The notes beneath the pieces were generated by a model. It worked only from the letters and a program-made list of their open reading frames with translations. It was not told where the DNA came from and did no database searches. A stretch of DNA of 63,914 bases, filler included, from Hyphochytrium catenoides (Eukaryota > Protista > Hyphochytriomycota): assembly GCA_900088475.1 (NCBI GenBank). It is 9 parts of 9 records of this genome, joined end to end, with 100 filler letters (N's around TTAATTAATTAA, not from the genome) between each part and the next. Parts side by side here need not be neighbours in the genome. Positions count along the whole stretch, not along the records: positions 58,431 to 62,044 come from FLMG01001054.1; positions 62,145 to 63,914 come from FLMG01003487.1; 7 more parts are not named here. One strand, 5' to 3'. The number at the start of each line of letters is the position of its first letter. Position 1 is the stretch's first letter. Shown in pieces: positions 61,441-63,914 of this stretch. The position numbers and the translations under genes are program-made.

Positions 61441-62144
61441 NNNNNNNNNNNNNNNNNNNNNNNNNNNNGAACAGGAGAAAGAGAGAGGAGGAGAGGGAGA
61501 GAGCAGAAAGAGAGAACTAATAATGGAAGAGAGAGAGAGGGCACTGCAACTTCTTGGGGTAAAGATCTCAGTCACGGCCGCACCAACCCGCCGTGAAGGA
61601 TCTCTCCTAATGGCCCTGGAGTTTAGGTTCGTCGGTGACTTGTTCTAAATCTCCTAAGAGTTTTCCATAGAAATCCAGCCCATCCTTGCCTAAATCGTCA
61701 CGTGGGATCCAGACTGTCGTGATTTAGAACTCATGATACTCACTATATTTAACAATGTTCTTGACATTACAGCCAGCTCCATCATTTACGCGACAGTATC
61801 CTCCGGTCTGCCGCATAATATTTGACACTATTATTGACTTAGTGTGAATATTATGAGCGTGATGCCAAAACCTTTCCAAAATTCACAGTCGCCAACGTAG
61901 AAAGCTCTTCCCGGTCTGTCTCCCCCCTCTCCCTCTTTCTTTGTTATGGTCTCCATCTCTTCTCTGTCTGCAGAGCTGGTGTTGAACTTCTTTCCCTCTT
62001 CTCTTCCTCTTTCTGTCTCTGTCTCTCTCTCTCTCTCTCTCTCTNNNNNNNNNNNNNNNNNNNNNNNNNNNNNNNNNNNNNNNNNNNNTTAATTAATTAA
62101 NNNNNNNNNNNNNNNNNNNNNNNNNNNNNNNNNNNNNNNNNNNN

Positions 62145-62715
62145 TCATAAGGTCACAGACCTCAGCTTTTCGCCTCTCTGTGCAGTGCCATAAGGAAGAC
62201 AAAAGGGCGACGATAGGCAAGTTCATTAAGGTAAAAGACTGGCTCCTGGCTGACACCGACTTACCTGCCAGTATCGTCATCTGAGCCAGGGAAACTGCCA
62301 CGATCTCCTTTTCCTGTCTGGCATCCAGAGCTGCGCTGCGAACATCCTCCATCCTCTTTGCTACCAGCAGGTCATTGTCTGCCTGCCTTGTCATCGTCTC
62401 TACTACTGGGATCAAGCAGTCACAGGTGTTTTGAGGACTCCTTTTGTGCACAGAGCAAGATGTACCATGGGAGCAGTGAGAAGTACCGATTGATTTTAGC
62501 GGTGCCAGCCTTTCTCCGTCCTCGGCTTCCTCCGCTTGGGCCAGGTCACGCCACGGCGCACGACAGAGAATAACTAGCCTCACAGCGCCCCAAACAAAGT
62601 AAGTCGAGACAAGCATCACCGTTGTCAGGAAGCCGTACAGGACGGTCATCTCGATTGGTGAGAGGAGGTAAAAGGGTCTGAGGTCAATCATTATTTGTTG
62701 GCTTCCCGCAGTCAA
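62145..62715 (-). CDS. Fragment of a hypothetical membrane protein
   Basis: Open frame with hydrophobic segment VLYGFLTTVMLVSTYFVWGAVRLVILC, cut by the spacer. Confidence 0.45.
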
Positions 62716-63244
62716 GAAGAGGCAGGGACGAACTTGCTATGGGTCAGTATAATAAATGGTTCTTAGTTTACACCCCCCACAGAAAGCGGCACAATGTGAA
62801 GAGCTCGTTTTAAGTCGTTTTAAGACTCAATGATCTCTGCACTGATGGCAAACGAGAGCTCCACGCCCACTCCCACGGCACTCGGCGCAACCTTTCGCTG
62901 CGCACTTTCTCTCTCCCCTGTGTACGGTCTATAGAGACAGCGAGCAAATATGACTTGATGGGGTTAAAGCTTGTGTTAAGACTTCCTTTGATAGACTATA
63001 CCGTGGCTGACCCACAGCAACCTTTAGGGTGCCTGCGTTTGACTTAACAGTGTGTCATCTCTTGTCAAGACGGCTTCCCACCCGTCTTCCTCTTGCTTAT
63101 CTTGCACTCTGAAGAACTTGGCCCCATTGTCATCACCGCATTTGTCCCATTAACAGCAGCTTCCCCTTCGCTGCTTAGNNNNNNNNNNNNNNNNNCTTCT
63201 CTCTCTCTCTCCCTCTCTCTCTCTCTCTCCTCTCTCCCTCTCCG

Positions 63245-63275
<31 letters not shown>

Positions 63276-63914
63276 GTCTTCTTGCCTGCTCTGTCGCTGG
63301 AGTGGAGCAGATGGCAAGGAATCAGATGAATTACTGGAGAGAAGGGAAGCCCCACCGTGACCTTTCGATCACTAGTAATATGACGAGAACCGACCTCCTC
63401 CAGATACCTCTTTGGGCGGGTGGAGTAATAATAATGAGAGACGTCTGGCCTTCTGACTACTGATCGGCGACGGGTATTATCGACCGGCTTTGAGGGTTAT
63501 TACCCTTTTCTGTCTCTCTCAGTCTCTCTTTCTCATCGCATCCTCCTCCTGTGCCTTCTCTCCATCAATCACATCTTCTCTTGTGCTCTGTCTCTTCTCT
63601 CATATACCCTTGGTTCGCTTCTCTTTGTCCTCAGACTAAGCAGATTCCTGATATCTCCATCTGTCACTACTGTTTTATATCGTGTAGACCTTGTACTGCT
63701 GTCTGTTCGGTTGTATCGTACAAGAGAGACAGTAACAGTAAAGCCATCCCACTTCCTACGGGACCTGCCCCCAGCTCCTCTCTGGGCCACCACCATACCA
63801 AATCCTAATGGCAACTATCCGGAAGCCGTTCAGGTTACAAGGTATGCGGAATAAGAGGCTGCTGTAGAACTAGAGTGAGAGCCCGCTAAGAATCTCCCCT
63901 CATTACAAACTGCC

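Larger units (their letters stand above)
637..63290. repeat. Pervasive (CT)n/(GA)n microsatellites throughout the window, mostly in introns and gene flanks
   Basis: Directly visible; source of most short SL-/ER-rich ORFs and of many internal N gaps. Confidence 0.97.

Noticed and set aside
9862-62144. Recurring TTAATTAATTAA motif as a biological repeat or CRISPR-like array
   Set aside because: Always embedded in fixed-length N runs and cuts genes mid-exon; it is an assembly linker. Gene neighbourhoods across linkers were therefore not interpreted.
1-63914. rRNA, tRNA, CRISPR arrays or prokaryotic operons
   Set aside because: None recognised by eye; the sequence is intron-rich eukaryotic DNA. 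A tRNAscan/Rfam run would be needed to exclude small RNAs.

Overview
Eukaryotic nuclear DNA from a non-Dikarya organism, probably a protist. Evidence: GT-AG spliceosomal introns, an ArgRS of the animal/plant/protist 'EMHVGH' type, and SIL1 and C3orf33-like genes. The sequence is saturated with (CT)n/(GA)n microsatellites. Eight artificial 100-nt spacers (N..TTAATTAATTAA..N) split the window into nine pieces: 1-9861, 9962-11696, 11797-14694, 14795-39791, 39892-54704, 54805-56185, 56286-58330, 58431-62044, 62145-63914. Adjacency across a spacer cannot be trusted. Genes reconstructed by hand: an ACC-synthase-like PLP enzyme, ArgRS with an N-terminal GST-like domain, a C2-domain fragment, a UBA2-like RRM protein, an SNase/C3orf33-like protein, SIL1, an orphan C2H2/coiled-coil protein, an intact but divergent kinesin-14, a secreted triple cystatin, an orphan secreted protein, a membrane-anchored GH6-fold protein lacking the catalytic acid, an AGC kinase fragment and an intronless bacterial-like SAM methyltransferase. 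Decayed RLE-type non-LTR retroelement ends are also present. Most notable: (i) a ~10 kb block with the orphan Zn-finger gene and the kinesin-14, bracketed by same-orientation copies of a ~200-bp repeat; (ii) RIP-like TG/TA differences between repeat copies; (iii) the GH6 pseudo-enzyme; (iv) the GST-ArgRS fusion; (v) introns with complementary GA/CT halves and frequent AAG acceptors. Exon boundaries come from reading the sequence, not from transcripts.
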